NCBI GenBank assembly: GCA_028023455.1
Contig: JAQFVV010000006.1
Location: 17,484,001-17,548,000 of the forward strand
DNA: 64,000 nt
Reading direction: 5' to 3'
Origin: Epiperipatus broadwayi
Taxonomy: Eukaryota > Animalia > Onychophora
The translations under genes and the position numbers were made by a program. The notes below the pieces were generated by a model, which did not search any database, had not been told where the DNA came from, and saw only the letters and a program-made list of their open reading frames with translations. Shown piece by piece: positions 23,521-38,723 of the stretch. Within the stretch, counting starts at the first letter, position 1. Each line of letters starts with the position of its first letter.

Positions 23521-26500
23521 TTGAACAGATTAACAATACTTTATGTCATTTTAAAGAGTTAAAATGATTTAAAAGAGTTGAAGATTGGTAATGAAAAATG
23601 AACATCTATTTCATATATTTCAAATGTTCAAGTGTCATACCTAACAAGCAAAAAAATAATCTTGTGTATCAAATTTTTTGTGGATATATGTTGTCATATA
23701 TAGTTGAATTGGGGTGCTGTATTGAGAAAAGAGAAACTATAATAAAAGAAAAATTAAGGAGGCAATTTTAATAAATAGAAATAAAATGAATATAATTAAT
23801 ACACAAGCTGGTAGTGTTAAAATTTGGGGTTCGTAGGATTTGAGTTAATGATATTTTTTAATTTAATGACAGTTGAGAAAGACTAAGGAGAAAACCAAAA
23901 GTACTTCTGCAGATTGAAAGGTTGTATGGAATAGTTAAGTAACTGACATTTTATTTTAATTATATTTATATAATTACAGGTAAAATATAGTTTGCCCTAA
24001 AAATACTGTTTAATTACATGAGGTTATGTCAGGTGTTGGTGTAATTTTATTCTGTGCCCATATGAAAAATGTTTCCCATATGAAAATGAATTTGAAAGAT
24101 GGTTTGTTTGAAAAATTTAAATGTATTAAAATAAAATTTAAACAACAGTTTATCATTTTAGTATTAATATTATTTTGTCGAATTTTTAAATCTTTTATTG
24201 TTTTCTGTTAAAAGTTACTTCTAGAGTTAAGCCACTATGGTACTCAATTGAATTAATTAGCAGTGAGATATTCCAGTCGCATATATACAATTCCTGTCTT
24301 CCGATACAGAATCTTCAATGCATGTGAAGATTCTATGATAAGCAATAAATAAAAATGCTTAAAAATGAAGGAATCAAAATGTAAAATAGCAAAATTTGAT
24401 TTAACTACCAGATATTTCTGAAATAGAGAAATTACTGTAATGATTTTCAGTTAAATTGCAGATTATATTTCCTTTAAGAAGGAAATAAGTCAGCTGATAA
24501 AAAAAAAACTACTGAATAAAGATTAAAATATAAAAAATTATTAACAAAACTATTTAATACAACACAGAGAAAAAATCTTGATTATACTATAGATGTTAGA
24601 AGATTTGAAGAGAAAAAAACTATTACTATACAAAAAACAACCCCAATGCCAAAGACAAAGATGTTTTCATCTTTGGATATTAACATCTGTAATCAAGAAG
24701 AAGAAACCAATGAGAAAGGTTGTCAGCTTTTGTATGTAATCTGAATCATGGTTTTATATTTGACAAAACTAGATGAAATGCGCTACTCTTTAGTAATGAG
24801 TATTGGTTTGAAACTACGCCAATTTGCTTTCATAATTATGCAAATATTTTATTAAAGTAGCAACTAATTATTTTAATGACCTCAAGTTGTGTGCAATTCA
24901 GAGATATTTTTGTTTCTTTGCAAAAAGATTGCATATATTTAACCAATATCACATGACTCACAGCTTACATTTAATATTTATGTTAATAAAAACGCTAGTG
25001 TCAATCAAGTCTCCAAATTAGTTTTGGCAATAAGTTTTCATTAGTTGAGAGTATTGGATTGTACTCCCACATCCAGGACTCATCTGTACAAGTTTGGGAT
25101 ATAATTGGAGTTATCTATTAACGATTTATTTGATCAGATTATTGCTTATAATGCAGAGGTTATATATATGATGAAAAAATTGTAATGCTTTTTCCCCTAA
25201 AATCAGGAAATCTCTTAGTAATGACACAGGAAAAATAAGATATTAAGTCACTTTAGGAGAAAAATATAAACTCTCCTAGGATTTGATGAACTTTTTAGAA
25301 AATAACTTCTTGATTTTGCTGCCTTAAGGAGCTCACTGCACCATATACTATTTCATCAAACTCATTAGAGAATTTATGAAAATTTTTAAAAAGGCAATGG
25401 TCCTAGAACAAGTATCACATAGGACTTCATTGAATCATATTTTCATAACAATTACATTAAAGAATAGAACATCATTGTGTTTTAAAAACAACACTTTGGA
25501 GCATATTGGATGATAAAGATTGAATATCAACATTTCTGCTGACGACTCTATCAGCCAACATTTTGGAAAAGTTAGTTGTAACTTATAATCCGGCACATCA
25601 AAAACTTTACTTATTAATACTGAAGATTTTAATATGATTGAAAATAATGCCATCATTTCAGAAGTAGATTCTAATCCATAAAAGAAAGACAGAATAGGAT
25701 AATGAAGTAGAACAGGAAAAATGCATTTTTTTTTTTTTTACAAATAAAAAAGAGAACAATATAAGCAGAAAGAAGACAAAAGTAAATAATAAAAAGTGAG
25801 TTGAGTTTCAACTGATAATAAAGTATCATATGAAGTAACATATAAAATTATGATTAAAAAAATAGAAGAAATATTACAAAAGATAACCACTGCTACTGAT
25901 GAACCAAAAGTATCAAAGAATATAAATAACTTACCCACATCTTTTAATATTACTAATGGAAAAAGCAATTATCATTAGAGACAGTAAAATCAATTTAGTC
26001 ATTAATCTTGAAAAGCAAAGTAACCTATTAATTATTGCTTTATTTTAAATTGCTGCAGAAATTCACCTTAAATTATGGTCATAATATTAGCAGTTTGTTT
26101 TGAAGTAATTTTTTGAATTTTTGTTTTTTTTAGTAACCTAAATTTTGTTTTCATAAACGAATGTAAATAATCAATCTTGTAAATATGTATATAAGTTGTT
26201 GTTTTTTTTTTACTTAAACCAAACAATAAATTCTCGTTGCAGCGAATTCCATTTGAGACATTTTTTATTTTTATTTTAGCAGTATTTAAAGGCAGTAAAA
26301 GGATTTTAAAAGCTTTCATTCGAAATACAGTTAATGTGTGTGAAAATATAGGTATAAAAAAATAATTGTCTTCAACAATAATATCGTTGTTTTAGTTTTT
26401 TTGCTTATAAAACAATTTTTAACTTTCTTATGAAATTTCTTTTTTTTTTTTTGCAAAAGTATCTTAAGTGTAGTCATTAATTTTTTTAGTTCTTTTAAAT

Positions 26501-29130
26501 GTTCATTTATTTGTGTTTCTTTCACTTTTTTGGCTATTTGCAATTGCTTTCATTTTTTAATTTCCACCTAGTTTCAAACTTACTCAGAATGCACTGTTTC
26601 TATCCCAGCTTCTTGTCTTTACTAGAATTTTTTAATTATAGCTATTTCCAAATAAATATTTCTCTAAATTAATGTTGTGCAGCTACAGACCTCATTACCA
26701 TTTCATTAACATGATGACCCAAGTAATAAATTCTTTGATTACTTCGTTAGGGCTGTGGCCCAATAAAGCTGCCTGCTTATTTATATTGATATTTTGTTAA
26801 TAAAAACAGATGAGTATTTATACAGATATATATCAACTTTCTGGTTAGGTCACTAGAAGTTGATGTGGAGGAGACAGTTTACCACTTTTATATTCCAAAA
26901 GCATTTAATTTCAGTGCTCATTTGTCTTTTTTTTTTGTAGCTCCATTAGTTTGATTTGCTATTATTTTCTTGTCATTATGTTGTTTTAACTACAGGATGC
27001 ATAAAATTTATTACAATTAACAGTAGGGGGGGGGCAGCACTTAAAGTAAAACTGTGGAGGAAATAGAATTCATGAGTGGATAAAATGTGATTATGAGATC
27101 AGTAATATATATATATTGTTGTGGTACAAGTTGACGTATATGAAAACAATATGACAGCTACAGGGCACTACCAGGTCATAATCTGGAAGCAGACATGAAA
27201 GAATTCTAAATCGTTTCCAGTAAATTGATCTAAATTTCTTTATTTAATGGTCATATTCACAATAATAAAGTAGTTGTGGTACACGGATACCCATGCAATA
27301 TAAAGAATGCTTTATTATTACCTTAAATACATCATTAATAAATTGAACTGTAAATGTACAAATTCAAGTATATTAAACCTTTTATTAATTCTTTTACAAC
27401 ATGATCTAATGAATTTTTTTGATTCCTGTGATATTAATTCCTATTCTTTACTCCAAATTCTTTCCAATTAATATTTGCCTAACTAACAATATAACTATAT
27501 GAGAGGTATGCACGAAAATACCTTACTGACATTGATACGATTACAAAAGAACTTCCTGAATCTCCGCTCAATAAAGGACAACATCAGAACTCAAGCTAAT
27601 GTGCATAAGCAATCTAACATAAAGATACTGCTGCCATAATGCAAAGTGCTCAATTTTATTCTAGAAGATGGCCTGGAAAAAGGGCAATAGCCAAGATTGG
27701 CAAATAACTTTTGTTCAATCAAAATCTCTCACAATCTGACTTACCCAAAGCAAACTAACCTTAAAATATTGTGTCAATAAAAGATTTAGTTCACTTAATT
27801 ATTAACTAACTACTCTAAAATTCCTTGTCTATGGATTGAACCAAATCAAGATTCATCAGCTCACATAAAAGATAATGTCAAAATTATACATAAAGGTATT
27901 TAAATTATTATTACAAACAAATATTATTATTTTATATTAGAATTATGCTCCATTGCTTTTAATGTTATTTTCTTAACAGTTTGAGACATTAGTAAATAAA
28001 TGAGTCTAATTGTATTTTATTTACAAAAGAGTTCATAATTACTCAGTCCCAAACTTATTGTGCTGTTACATGGGGAAAATCTGATGTTGATCCTTGCATT
28101 GGTTTGTAACACATTGGGATTTGAATTGCCCAGCTTAGTAGTATTGGTGAGAAAGATACTGCCGCTGATAATAATGTTCCTATCTTATTCATATGTGTCT
28201 GATGGTAATTGTCCGATTTCCCAGCTGGAGTGATTTGGCTAGCTAGTGGTTGATTCTCATCCTTTAGGTGATGATGCTTCCTTCACTGCTCGGTCTCTGA
28301 AGATGTGGTTGCAGGAAAAGCTTTTTCCAGGAGGAATCATGGTTTTAATTAGCCAGCATACATTGAAACTTCTCTGAGATAAAATATACACAATAATCAT
28401 ATTATAAATCAATTTATTTATATAGTCTTTGCAGAGACCTCCCCCAGCCTTTCTTTTAACATTTTCTTTTTTTAACTTTCATGCTATAGTTCTATTGTTA
28501 AGAGTGGTAACAACGAAAATGTCAAAGAAATATTTTCTCTTTTGCTGCTTAATTCTTTATCTTTTCGGCTTAGATTTTTAAGATCCTGGATCTTTAATTT
28601 GTGATGCAACTAATGACTCATTTATAAAGAACAAAATCACTAATATTATTTGCTTAATACTTTAAACAATGGAGCAAATTTACCCCCCTCCCCAATCATT
28701 TACATACCAAGGACTTGATTAATTAATAGATTAACATTCCAATCTATTTTAGTCTGTATAAATTAAATTAAATTAATTTTATGTATAAAAAAAAAACCTT
28801 TAATGTTAAACTTAAATCTAAAATATCTAAATATTTTATTATGAGATGAAAAATACCAGCTCAATATATTGCTGTAAAGAAACTGTAAACACTAAGATGT
28901 AACAATAAATTTACATAAACCTTTAACTTGGTTAATAAGGGTAATTGATGCCCCAAAATACATGTTAAGTCAAAGAACACTCATAAAAATAAGGAAGTAT
29001 AATGTGATCTAATAGGGAAAAATTAAATTATTTAAATTCAGAATATATAAAAATTAAATTAAAAAATAAAACTTAAATTGAAAAAGGTATTAATTAATGA
29101 ATAAACAATTCTTATTATTAAAAAAAAAAA

Positions 29131-30447
29131 CGGTACTTGTGTATAATTCAACCGATGATGTTTTTGACTTACCGATTTCCCTTCCGGTAGACATCGACGT
29201 TTTTTGCATGACAACGTTGTCATGGTAACCAAGTGACTGGCGTGATTAATCCATCAGAGAGTCAATTTTTTTTTCACCCGCGAGATTTAAAATTCGTAGA
29301 GAGGTTTGGGAAAATTTTTGATTTTTCTGTCTATTGTGATTTTGCTATCCACGGCATCACAGTTACTTTTTTGAGCTGTTAATTTGGGTAAAGTGTTTTA
29401 TTTATCTGTTTATTTTGAATTTACAAATATTTTTTGTTAATATTTCTACAATTGAATTACGTTTTAATTTCATTTTTAATTTCTGAATTGTATCATACAG
29501 AAAATTATTTTTCGTAATTTATTTCGGTAAACTGTTTTTTATTTATCTGTTTATTTTAAATTTACAAAATCTTTTTGTTAATATTTCTACAATTCTCAAA
29601 TTATTTTTCGTAAATTCATCGGCAATTATAAAAATTACAGGGTGCGACGCCATTAATACCAGATTTACATTAAATCGCGTCTTTTTAATTTAGCTGTTTA
29701 TTTTTAATTTAATTTTTAATTTCTGAATTGTATCATACGGAAAATTATTTTTCATAAATTCATCAGCAATTTTTTTATATCATACAGAAAATTATTTTTC
29801 GTAAATTCATGGGCAATTATAAAAATTACAGCTATGAGAGTAATACAAGGTATAGGTGTACGCCAAGCCTACGGCTTGTCAAAAACACAAAGGGCCCCCC
29901 CGTCAACTCCAGCGCTATGCGCTGTTTTTTATAATTGAGCATAATATAGAGTGGTTTTTCTAAATTATTTTGACACATGCATGTACATTTTTATTTTTTT
30001 ACTATTTGCCTGACCTGCGTCAGATTTTTGGCTTTTTTTTTGTTTTTTATCACGTGACCTGTGTCACATTTTTTTCCTTTTTTTTATGTTTAAATTTTTT
30101 TTAAATTTTTATATTTTTGCCATGTTTTTTTGTTTTTTATCACGTGATCAACCGATGACGTATTACCCTGAAGGCATATTGGTCTAATGTTGCGTTTTTA
30201 ACGTGCCGTGTTCACGTGATCTGCGGACACATTTTAGCAACTAAATGTGTCTGCAGATCACTTGGAGACATTATCTTAAAAATCGCAACTTTAGACCGAT
30301 GTGCCTTCAGGGTAATACGTCATCGGTTGAATTATACACAAGAACCAAAAAAACTAACTTATATCTTAAAAATCGCAACTTTAGACCGATGTGCTTCAGG
30401 GTAATACGTCATCGGTTGAATTATACACAAGAACCAAAAAAACTAAC
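29131..30447. mobile_element. composite non-autonomous DNA element with inverted termini, internal tandem repeats and a long hairpin
   Basis: CTTGTGTATAATTCAACCGATGA (29136-29158) is inverted at about 30320-30342 and 30408-30430. There is a hairpin at 30148-30330, an ~88-bp terminal tandem duplication and internal AT-rich repeats at 29380-29830. Confidence 0.7.
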
Positions 30448-32039
30448 TTGTGAATTCAATAGCTATAATTTTTTCATTAACAGTGCCATTTTGTTCCTTA
30501 TATAATGAGAAAATATTTTCTAATTTATGATTCATTAAATTAATATAAAGTGTAATAGGGGAAAAAATTAACTAACTAAATTGTACATTTTAAAATTTAT
30601 TTTGTTATGCAGTTTTGTTTTGTTTTTATGATATCCACTGCTATTAAATTGTTTTATCAAAGTTTTTTATTTTTATATCGACCGCTATTTTTTTTTTAAA
30701 AAAAAAACAAAAAAACAAACAATTCTTCATGAATTGCAGTGAAATTAAATAAAAGTTTCATAAAGAAATGCAATGTACAGTTAGTTGAAGTTTTAATTCT
30801 TCTGTGCTGCGATAAATTTAATAACTCCCTGGTGGGTCTTTTTATAAGCTTAGAACTTTTGATGTTAATATTAAACTGCTATTCTGTATCAGAATTCAAT
30901 AAACTGAACTTTATTTGACAGTAATATATTTTTGAAAATGAAAAACATTCTAAAAATTCATATTTAAACTTTGCAAATATTAAAAAAATGAATTCATAAT
31001 GATAACAAAAGATGCTTTCATCATTAAATGGCCAACAGGGCAGAGTGACTTCAGAAAATGAATGAAATCTTTTTAATTGAATTTTTTTTTTTTTTTTGCA
31101 ATTGCAAATAATAAAATATTAATTGCTAACAAGTCTATCAAATTCTGCTTTAAAATATTAAAATTGCTTTTTAATTTTTAGAATATCTCAAATTATCCTA
31201 ATATAGTATCCGTAATAATGGATTAGCTTTCATTTTCATAAGATGGATTTATCAGGACATCATGGATTTCTTTGTGTTAATGTTATACTAGAACTTATTA
31301 CCTTCTATTTTTTAAATATATATAATGTATACTTTACCTTATATATATATATACTTTTGATTTTTAGTCATTATGATGCAATTATTGTCATAATGAATCT
31401 TTATAAACTTCAACAAAAAAAATTTTTTACTTCCAAAATTGACCTCAAAATAATCTCACAAATAGTCTCTTAAGTGGATTACAAAAGACTATGTCCAACA
31501 AAGAATTGGAGACGTAAAAAGTTTTGATTTTGTTACAATTTTATTATACTAGACGAGGTATTTTTTTAAAAATATAAATTATTTGATTTAACAACAACAC
31601 AACAATAAAAAAATTAGCGAAATCTATGACTCTGCAAGCAAAATTTCAATTTAATATGATTACAACACTTTTTTATTCTCTGCCTGGTAAACTTCAAAGT
31701 GATTAATAAATGAGTTAATAATCTGAATGATTAATATTTTTTTCCGCTGATAATGTAAGAGTGATTTTTTTAAAAATTGCTGCCATTATTTTGAATAGCA
31801 GATAAATTTAGAGATTATTGATTTAAAATTGCGCAAACAAATGATATTTTTAATTTATGTTTAATATCTTTCATCATATAAAGTTGATTGTTAATTGCAT
31901 AATGCACGAAATCATTTTATTCTCCCCTTGCCCCAAATAATTTACAATTATAATTAACATTTTTGCTGCAAGAAAAAAAATGTTTGTAAGAGTTTTAATC
32001 CTAAATATTGACTGAATAAATATAAACATATTAGACCAT

Positions 32040-33010
32040 AGGTAAAAGTGGATATCCACTTTTATTGTATAAAGGAGGTTACCTTGACAATATATTGATA
32101 ATGTAGATTGATATTATTTAGGTGTTTCCTTCTTTCATGTATTTATATTTATTTATAAACCTATCTAGCCTCAAGCATTATTAACTCCATTACCACTTTA
32201 AGTAATGCATAGTTTCAGTGGAATCTGAAAGTTATAATTGATTATTTGTTAGTCTACTTTCAGAACAGATTACATTTACCTGTTTAATGAGATTTCTTTA
32301 TAATCTCACTCTCTTTTGGCAAGTTGCAATCTTTTAATGTCTATATAAATCTATAGGATTATAGATAAAGATGGATAAAGGTCACCTTGATAACAATTGA
32401 GATTGTTGATTATTATTGATAGTAGTGATGCTTAAATGTTGACTGTTTTATGCATTTACATTTGTAACCATTTCTAGCCTTGAGTATTATTAGCTTTATT
32501 ATCCAAGGAATTATAGTTCTTTTTTATAATATTTTTTTTTTTAATATATAAGTAAATAAAAAAAAAAAAAAAAAAAAAAGAAGTATCTAGTGGATAAAAG
32601 GGGGGTATATAAAAAGAAAAAAAAATAAAAAAAAGAGAAAAAAATAACCGGGGGGAGCGCGGAGAATATTAATCATCTAGACTATAAAAAAATACCTTTA
32701 TTTTCATATAAATTATTTAAGGGTTTCACTGGAATTTGAAAGTTATAATTGACTTTGTTAGTTTGTTCTCAAAACAGGTTATATTTGCTTGTTTAATGGG
32801 GTTTAATTATACTTCTTTAAATTAATAATCTCGTTCTCTTTAGTCAAGATGTATTCTTTAGTGTCTATATAAATATATTAGATTAAAGATAAAGGTGGGT
32901 CTCCACCTTTATTGTGTAAAAAGAGGTTGTGCTGAGAACAGATTGAGTTCATTGATTGTTATTGATATTGCTATTGTTCAGGTGCTGGCTGCTTTCATGT
33001 ATTTACATTT
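32040..33010. repeat. degenerate tandem repeat, ~3 units of roughly 315-330 bp with an insertion
   Basis: Anchors atg(t/c)attta(t/c)attt (~32137, 32450, 32997), gtttca(g/c)tggaat(c/t)tgaaagttataattga (~32213, 32723) and tctatataaat (~32340, 32863) recur. Confidence 0.6.
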
Positions 33011-33584
33011 CTTTTTGTAAAGCAGCTGTCACTGAACCTCTTGTCCACCAATGTACATAATATGATCAATTGTTTTAGATTACAGACTATACTGAATGAA
33101 ACTGGAAAATATTTATTTATTTGCTTTTATAGTCATTAATGATGAAAATCTTTATTTTGAATACTTCATAAATGAAAGCACTGATTGTTTTGCAAAGACA
33201 TTGGATGAAAATCAGATAAAATAAAGTATTTGTATTTTAATTCTACAATAAAAATAATATTGGATACAGTATAATGAATAAACTCAATATTACACAACAT
33301 TTTTAGCATCAAAATTACCATTTTATTTTTAGATGTTGTTGCTTTAGAGAAGTCTCTATTCTGTGATGTCATCAATCTAACAAAATGACTACCATTTTGA
33401 AAAAAAATGATTGATTTTAAAAAACAATTTAATTTAAAAAAAAAAAATTGTAATAATGACTAATTGAGTTTAAATCCGAATAATGGATACAAATTGATGA
33501 TGATCACTGTAGCTAATCCTCACATAAAGATCCATCACTAACTGGAGCAAAGGTGTGTATACACATATTTGTTACAGCTATGTG

Positions 33585-33685
33585 GTAAACTTCACTAAAA
33601 ATGCACACAGCTTTAGATTATAAAATAGAAACCACTTCATTATGCAGATGAACGAACATTCTGATTTGAATTACAAATACAAAGA
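33585..33685 (+). repeat. family D repeat copy
   Basis: aaacttcac(t)aaaaatgca...gaaaccacttcattatgcagatgaac matches 10700-10870. Confidence 0.7.
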
Positions 33686-34439
33686 CCTATTATGCCGCTG
33701 ATGTAATCATATTTGTTTTCATTCAAGATGAAATGCAACTTCAAGTATTCATACTTGAAACTATCATCAAAGTTTAGAAAAATCCATGGAACTTAGGTCA
33801 TAACCATAAACTGCTGCTTGAATCATTGTAAATTGGTACACGTCTTTATTTATTATATAACATATATTTTTTTAAAAAAAATTGAAATAAAATGCCTTTA
33901 GAAAGTAAAAGTTTAATTCATTTACAATGTTATTTATCTGTTTTCAAACATAAAAGGAAAATAAAGAATAGATTTTTAAATATTTATTTTTTTAAAAAAC
34001 ACAAAAAATTTATCTTTTAATATCTAAAAAGAAATTATATATATATATATATCAATTTATTGATATGATTAAAAAAATATATTTTCGGTTTTTTTTTTAA
34101 AATTTAATTGTAAAATTTATATATATGTACTAAAGTATAATGCTTATTTTTGTTGCTAACTGTATTGCATCATGGGTCTATTGTTGCTGTGAATTAAAAT
34201 TAAACTAGTTTGTGTCATCATTCTTGCTTTGAAAAAATAGCTACCATCTTTGAGATCTCTTTTTGGCTTAATCTTCCATAATCCTGTAAAGATTTTACAA
34301 TTATTCAAAACATGAAAGTATTGCACATTTATGCTTAATGGGTGATGAATAATAACCACTGTATAATTATCTGTTATTATTTTGTATATATATATATCAA
34401 TTAATTAATAATATTCTATTTCATGGATAGATCCACAGA

Positions 34440-34800
34440 GTAGTCATATCATCAATTCATCCATTTTTTCCCATTCTATTCTCTTCATTGCCTAGTTCTT
34501 CAGTTCCATGTAACTTCCCATCTCTTATATCATTCAACAATGTCAATCCTTTTCATTCTTTTTGCTTTCACTCACCATTCCTTTCAAAACATTTTTTTAT
34601 TAAACTATACTTTCTTCTTAATATATGTCCAATCCAATTCAGTTTCTCTTTCTAATTTCCTCAATCAATCTTCTTTTTTCAGTCATCTGGTTGATTTTTT
34701 TCTTTCTTCTTCATGTCCAATCTTTTTCTAATTTTATTACTCATTGTCCAACTTTCACAGCCATACAATAGTATACTTTATACACAGCATTTAATTAATC
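34440..34800 (-). mobile_element. RTE-type LINE RT C-terminal fragment (second family)
   Basis: Minus translation gives RLIKCCV*SILLYGCESWT. Confidence 0.7.
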
Positions 34801-37800
34801 TTATAAATATATAAATGTATTTTTATTCAAATCATTGCCCAATTAATTAATTAATCATGTCTTAATGTTCATTTTATCTAAATCAAATATTTTAATTAAG
34901 CTTATATATTTTCTTATTAGTAGAACCTAGATATTTTTAAGTCTTCGTAGCTAATTTCACATTTTTTTTATAAATCATGCATGATTTAACAGTTATTTGT
35001 GGTACATTGGTGTATTACTTTTTGTAGAATTTACTATTCCATCCATTGTATATATCGTTATTGAAATAGCATTCTATTCTATATCATGATTTCTGATATC
35101 AGAACAGGATTTTTTTTATATAGTCATTTTGCTTTCTTAGCAATTTTAACTTTTTTCTTCTCATCTTCTACTGTTATGTCTTTTTCTTGTTTGTTTGTTT
35201 TTGTCTTGATTACTCAAGTACTGAGATTGTTGTTTAAAAAAGTGGCTTTTGCATCACATATTTTTTAGATGCAATAACTTTTCATTCATTTAAATTAATA
35301 GAATTTTTTGGAATCTTTCTTTTATTGTTGATGTTATGTTTATTTTAAAGGTGTTTTTTTCTTTATTATTGGTTTTATATTTATTTACTATTTGTCCTTA
35401 TTAAATGTTTAATATATAAATCTTTTTTTATTATTATTATTGAAAGTTGCAATATGGTTTACTAGGAACATACAGGAAAATAATTAGATGAAAGAGCAAA
35501 AAAACATAATAATGCATTTAATAGAAGAGATGATAGATCTGTCTTATATATTTATTATTTAAAATACAGTCATAAAATAGATGGTGTAAAAAAATATAAA
35601 ACTTTTAAAGTATATCAAAGAAACTAATAGAAGGAAGATGTATGAAACCGATTATATTAATTACAATAAAAATAATTGTACGAATATATATAAAACATCA
35701 ATTAATTTATCTAATAATTGGCTAATGATAAATGAATGAAAAATTATATAATATACATTTATACAGGGTTTTGATAAATTGTGAGCTCTGTAGTTATTCC
35801 AACAGTTACTGTTTTACAATGAACATCCTGACCAAACCCCAGAGACCTTTACAGCTAACAATAGTTAAAATTTTCACCAGCCAATGTTGGCTGTAGACTG
35901 TTATCTGAAAAAAAAATCAATATTTAATCTCCTAAGTTTGAACCCAAGATCTTTGAATAGTAGGTGTTTGTCCTAATGACTTACTATACTACATACTCTT
36001 AGAAAAGTTTATATTAATAACGATTATATCCTATTCTACTAGTGATTTTTCACATTAATTTTATTAATTTACAAGGTAAAACAATTTTTGAATAACCTAT
36101 TTCTGTTTACTTTCCCTCCCCTCTTTATTATTTTTTTTACTACCAAATAAAAAAAACAACAACAGTTCTTTCTTCATCATAGGAAACAAGTTTATCATAT
36201 TATGTTACCTGAAGAATTGTGTGAACTATTGTTATTAATATTTCTAACCAAGAGGAATAAGACCTAAGTTAATAAAGAACTGAAGGTATTGAAATGTGTA
36301 GGTTTTGAACTGAAATTATAGTTATAATTATTCAGACAAGTTAACTTTCATTTAAAACCTTTAACTGATTTGAATATCAGAATTTTAATTTGAATGGTAA
36401 AATGGAGTTAAAGATAATTTCTAGGTTGTTGATTGCATTGCTTCTAAATCTGGTTTCCAAAGCCTTGTTGATTAAAGATGAAAGTTAGAACCTGGTTTGT
36501 GGATAGGAATTTAAATGCAGTTAGGAGTACATGTTATGATTTTATCATTTTTAGACATTTGTGAATCAGTAAAGTCCTTCTAAACTCATGAGAAGAAAAG
36601 AATAAAAAGACAGAGAATAAATTCAAAGACAAAGAATTTGGAATAAGAATTGTTATGATAATTAGAGGATGCAAATATGGTCTCATAAATGCACAACCAC
36701 TTTACTGCCGTTAAATTCAAAGAGAGTATCATGAGAAACTGGCAGTCAGTAAGATAAAAGAAAATAAGAAAGGATGATTATAAATATTAGTAGTTTGCAG
36801 CCAATTTCTAGGTATTAGTCTGAAATTGCTTCATTTATTCTATATATCTTTAATGAATATAGTTGCATTATTGCGACTTTGATTGTCATTGATAATACTG
36901 TTTGGCACAATTATTACATGAAATCATTGGTTAAAACACCTAGTTGTTATGACTGATGTCTGACTTCAGGAAGCATAGAAAATAATGAGTGTTTTATGTT
37001 ATAGAAAGGTAATAAATAAAGAATTGGGAATTGTTCTTATTGAAACTAATGCTAATATAAGTAAGGCAGACAAATTTCAATGTAGATAAATTTCTTTGCT
37101 GATAGATAAATAATAATAAAAGTCCACTGGTTAATGCAGTGACGGAGCAACGAACTCCAACATTTCATGTCCATGGGCCATTAGAGCAGCTGCGCCATTG
37201 CTGATGCGTGACTTACAAATCATTCAATTTTTTTATTTATAATAAATAATAAAATGATATTCAAAAAATCTTGCCATCAGAAACAAAGAAGTAACAGATT
37301 GCTGAATAAAAATATTTTCAAAGTTGAGAATGCTTGCGTAATTGTAAAACAATGCTGTGAATACACTTAAGCTTATTATCACAGCATAATAGATCAAAAG
37401 ATGGCTCTGGAAGTAAGAATGTAATTATTAGTATCCAGATATGGGTAGAGTTGTGGATTTTAATTTACAGTGGAGGATTTTAATCTGTTTTTCATCAATA
37501 TTAAAAGGAAAAACAGCTAGGAATGTGGGATGCAATATCAATTGACGAAAGTATCATTGCTGAAGACAGAATATAGATGGCTAAATTAAAATTATATAGG
37601 GTGTTTTTCAGAAGAAATAATTTGCTGCAGAAGTTAGAAAATATTGGATCTATTGGTGGTTTACTAATTGGCTTATATAGTAACATTTTATACGGTGAGA
37701 TCAAGAGATGAGAAAAAAACATTTTTATCATTTAAAATGATAAAATATGTCTGTTATTCTGAAGGCAATCCATAGGAGGATGTTTTTTTTCTTTCCAATA

Positions 37801-37832
37801 ATCAGCAGAGGCAGGAAAACTAAGAATAAAGC

Positions 37833-38206
37833 AATATTTAATAACTGTTAACCCAGACTTTCAATACGGAGTATTTTTGTCAAAGCACGACAGACTTAAG
37901 AGATTAGCAAGAAAATGTTGGCATTCCCAACTGTTGGTATATAATAAATTCTTTAAATGCGATAGATATAAAGGCCAATAGCATTCCCCTTAGTAAATAC
38001 TGGTCATTTAATTCGACTATATGATTTACACACACACGGATTTACGCATGCAAATATACAAATTTATTAAACTCTACAACCACTTTAATTCCTTTTTCTA
38101 TATACAGTTGGGAATTCCAACACCGTCTTGCTAATCTCCTATGTCAGTCATGCTTTGACAAAGACGCTCCATATCGAAAGCCTGGCTTACCTGTTAATAA
38201 ATATTA
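37833..38206. repeat. foldback MITE-like element, ~100-bp arms
   Basis: 37833-37935 is inverted at 38104-38206. Confidence 0.8.
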
Positions 38207-38723
38207 TTTTATACTTAATTTTGCCATCGTAATTATTATCTACATACTCATGTGGAGATTGCTTGTTCATTACATATTATCTACTATATAAATTTATTAT
38301 TTTATTTTTGTATGTATATATTAAATACCTTGAAGATATAATGGAAAGAATTATTAATGTTACTTGGAAGAATCCTAAGACATGAATACTTTGATATAGT
38401 AATAAGTTTTGTTTTCAACAATTATTTTTCTTCAATAACCCCCCCCCCCCCATTTAACTTTTCTGTGATAGAAAACTTTGAAGATCAGATAAAATTTCTC
38501 TTACTATGAATAAAAAATGAAATAATTTCAATCTTATTGGACAGAGAAAGAATTTGAGGGTAATTTTTTTTACAAATCGTGATTTTACACATACAGGAAA
38601 AGAACATCATCAATCAGGTGATTATCGGCAATTACCGACTTCGCAATTATTAAATGTCATTTTTTTTTTTTTTTTTACAAGTGTTAAGCAAATTGTTTGA
38701 CATCGTTTTTTTTTTAAATCAAG

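Noticed and set aside
20420-23985. AG|GT juxtapositions resembling recursive splice sites (20427, 23979; also 41376)
   Set aside because: The donors are weak (GTAAAG, GTAAAA, GTGAAA) and such sites are expected by chance in AT-rich DNA.
24600-26600. Cluster of short ORFs, possibly a decayed transposase
   Set aside because: No family motif recognised. The composition fits AT-rich noise.
32520-32700. Poly-A/T/G-rich block with GGGGGGAGCGCGG
   Set aside because: It looks like low-complexity or low-quality sequence and has no interpretable structure.
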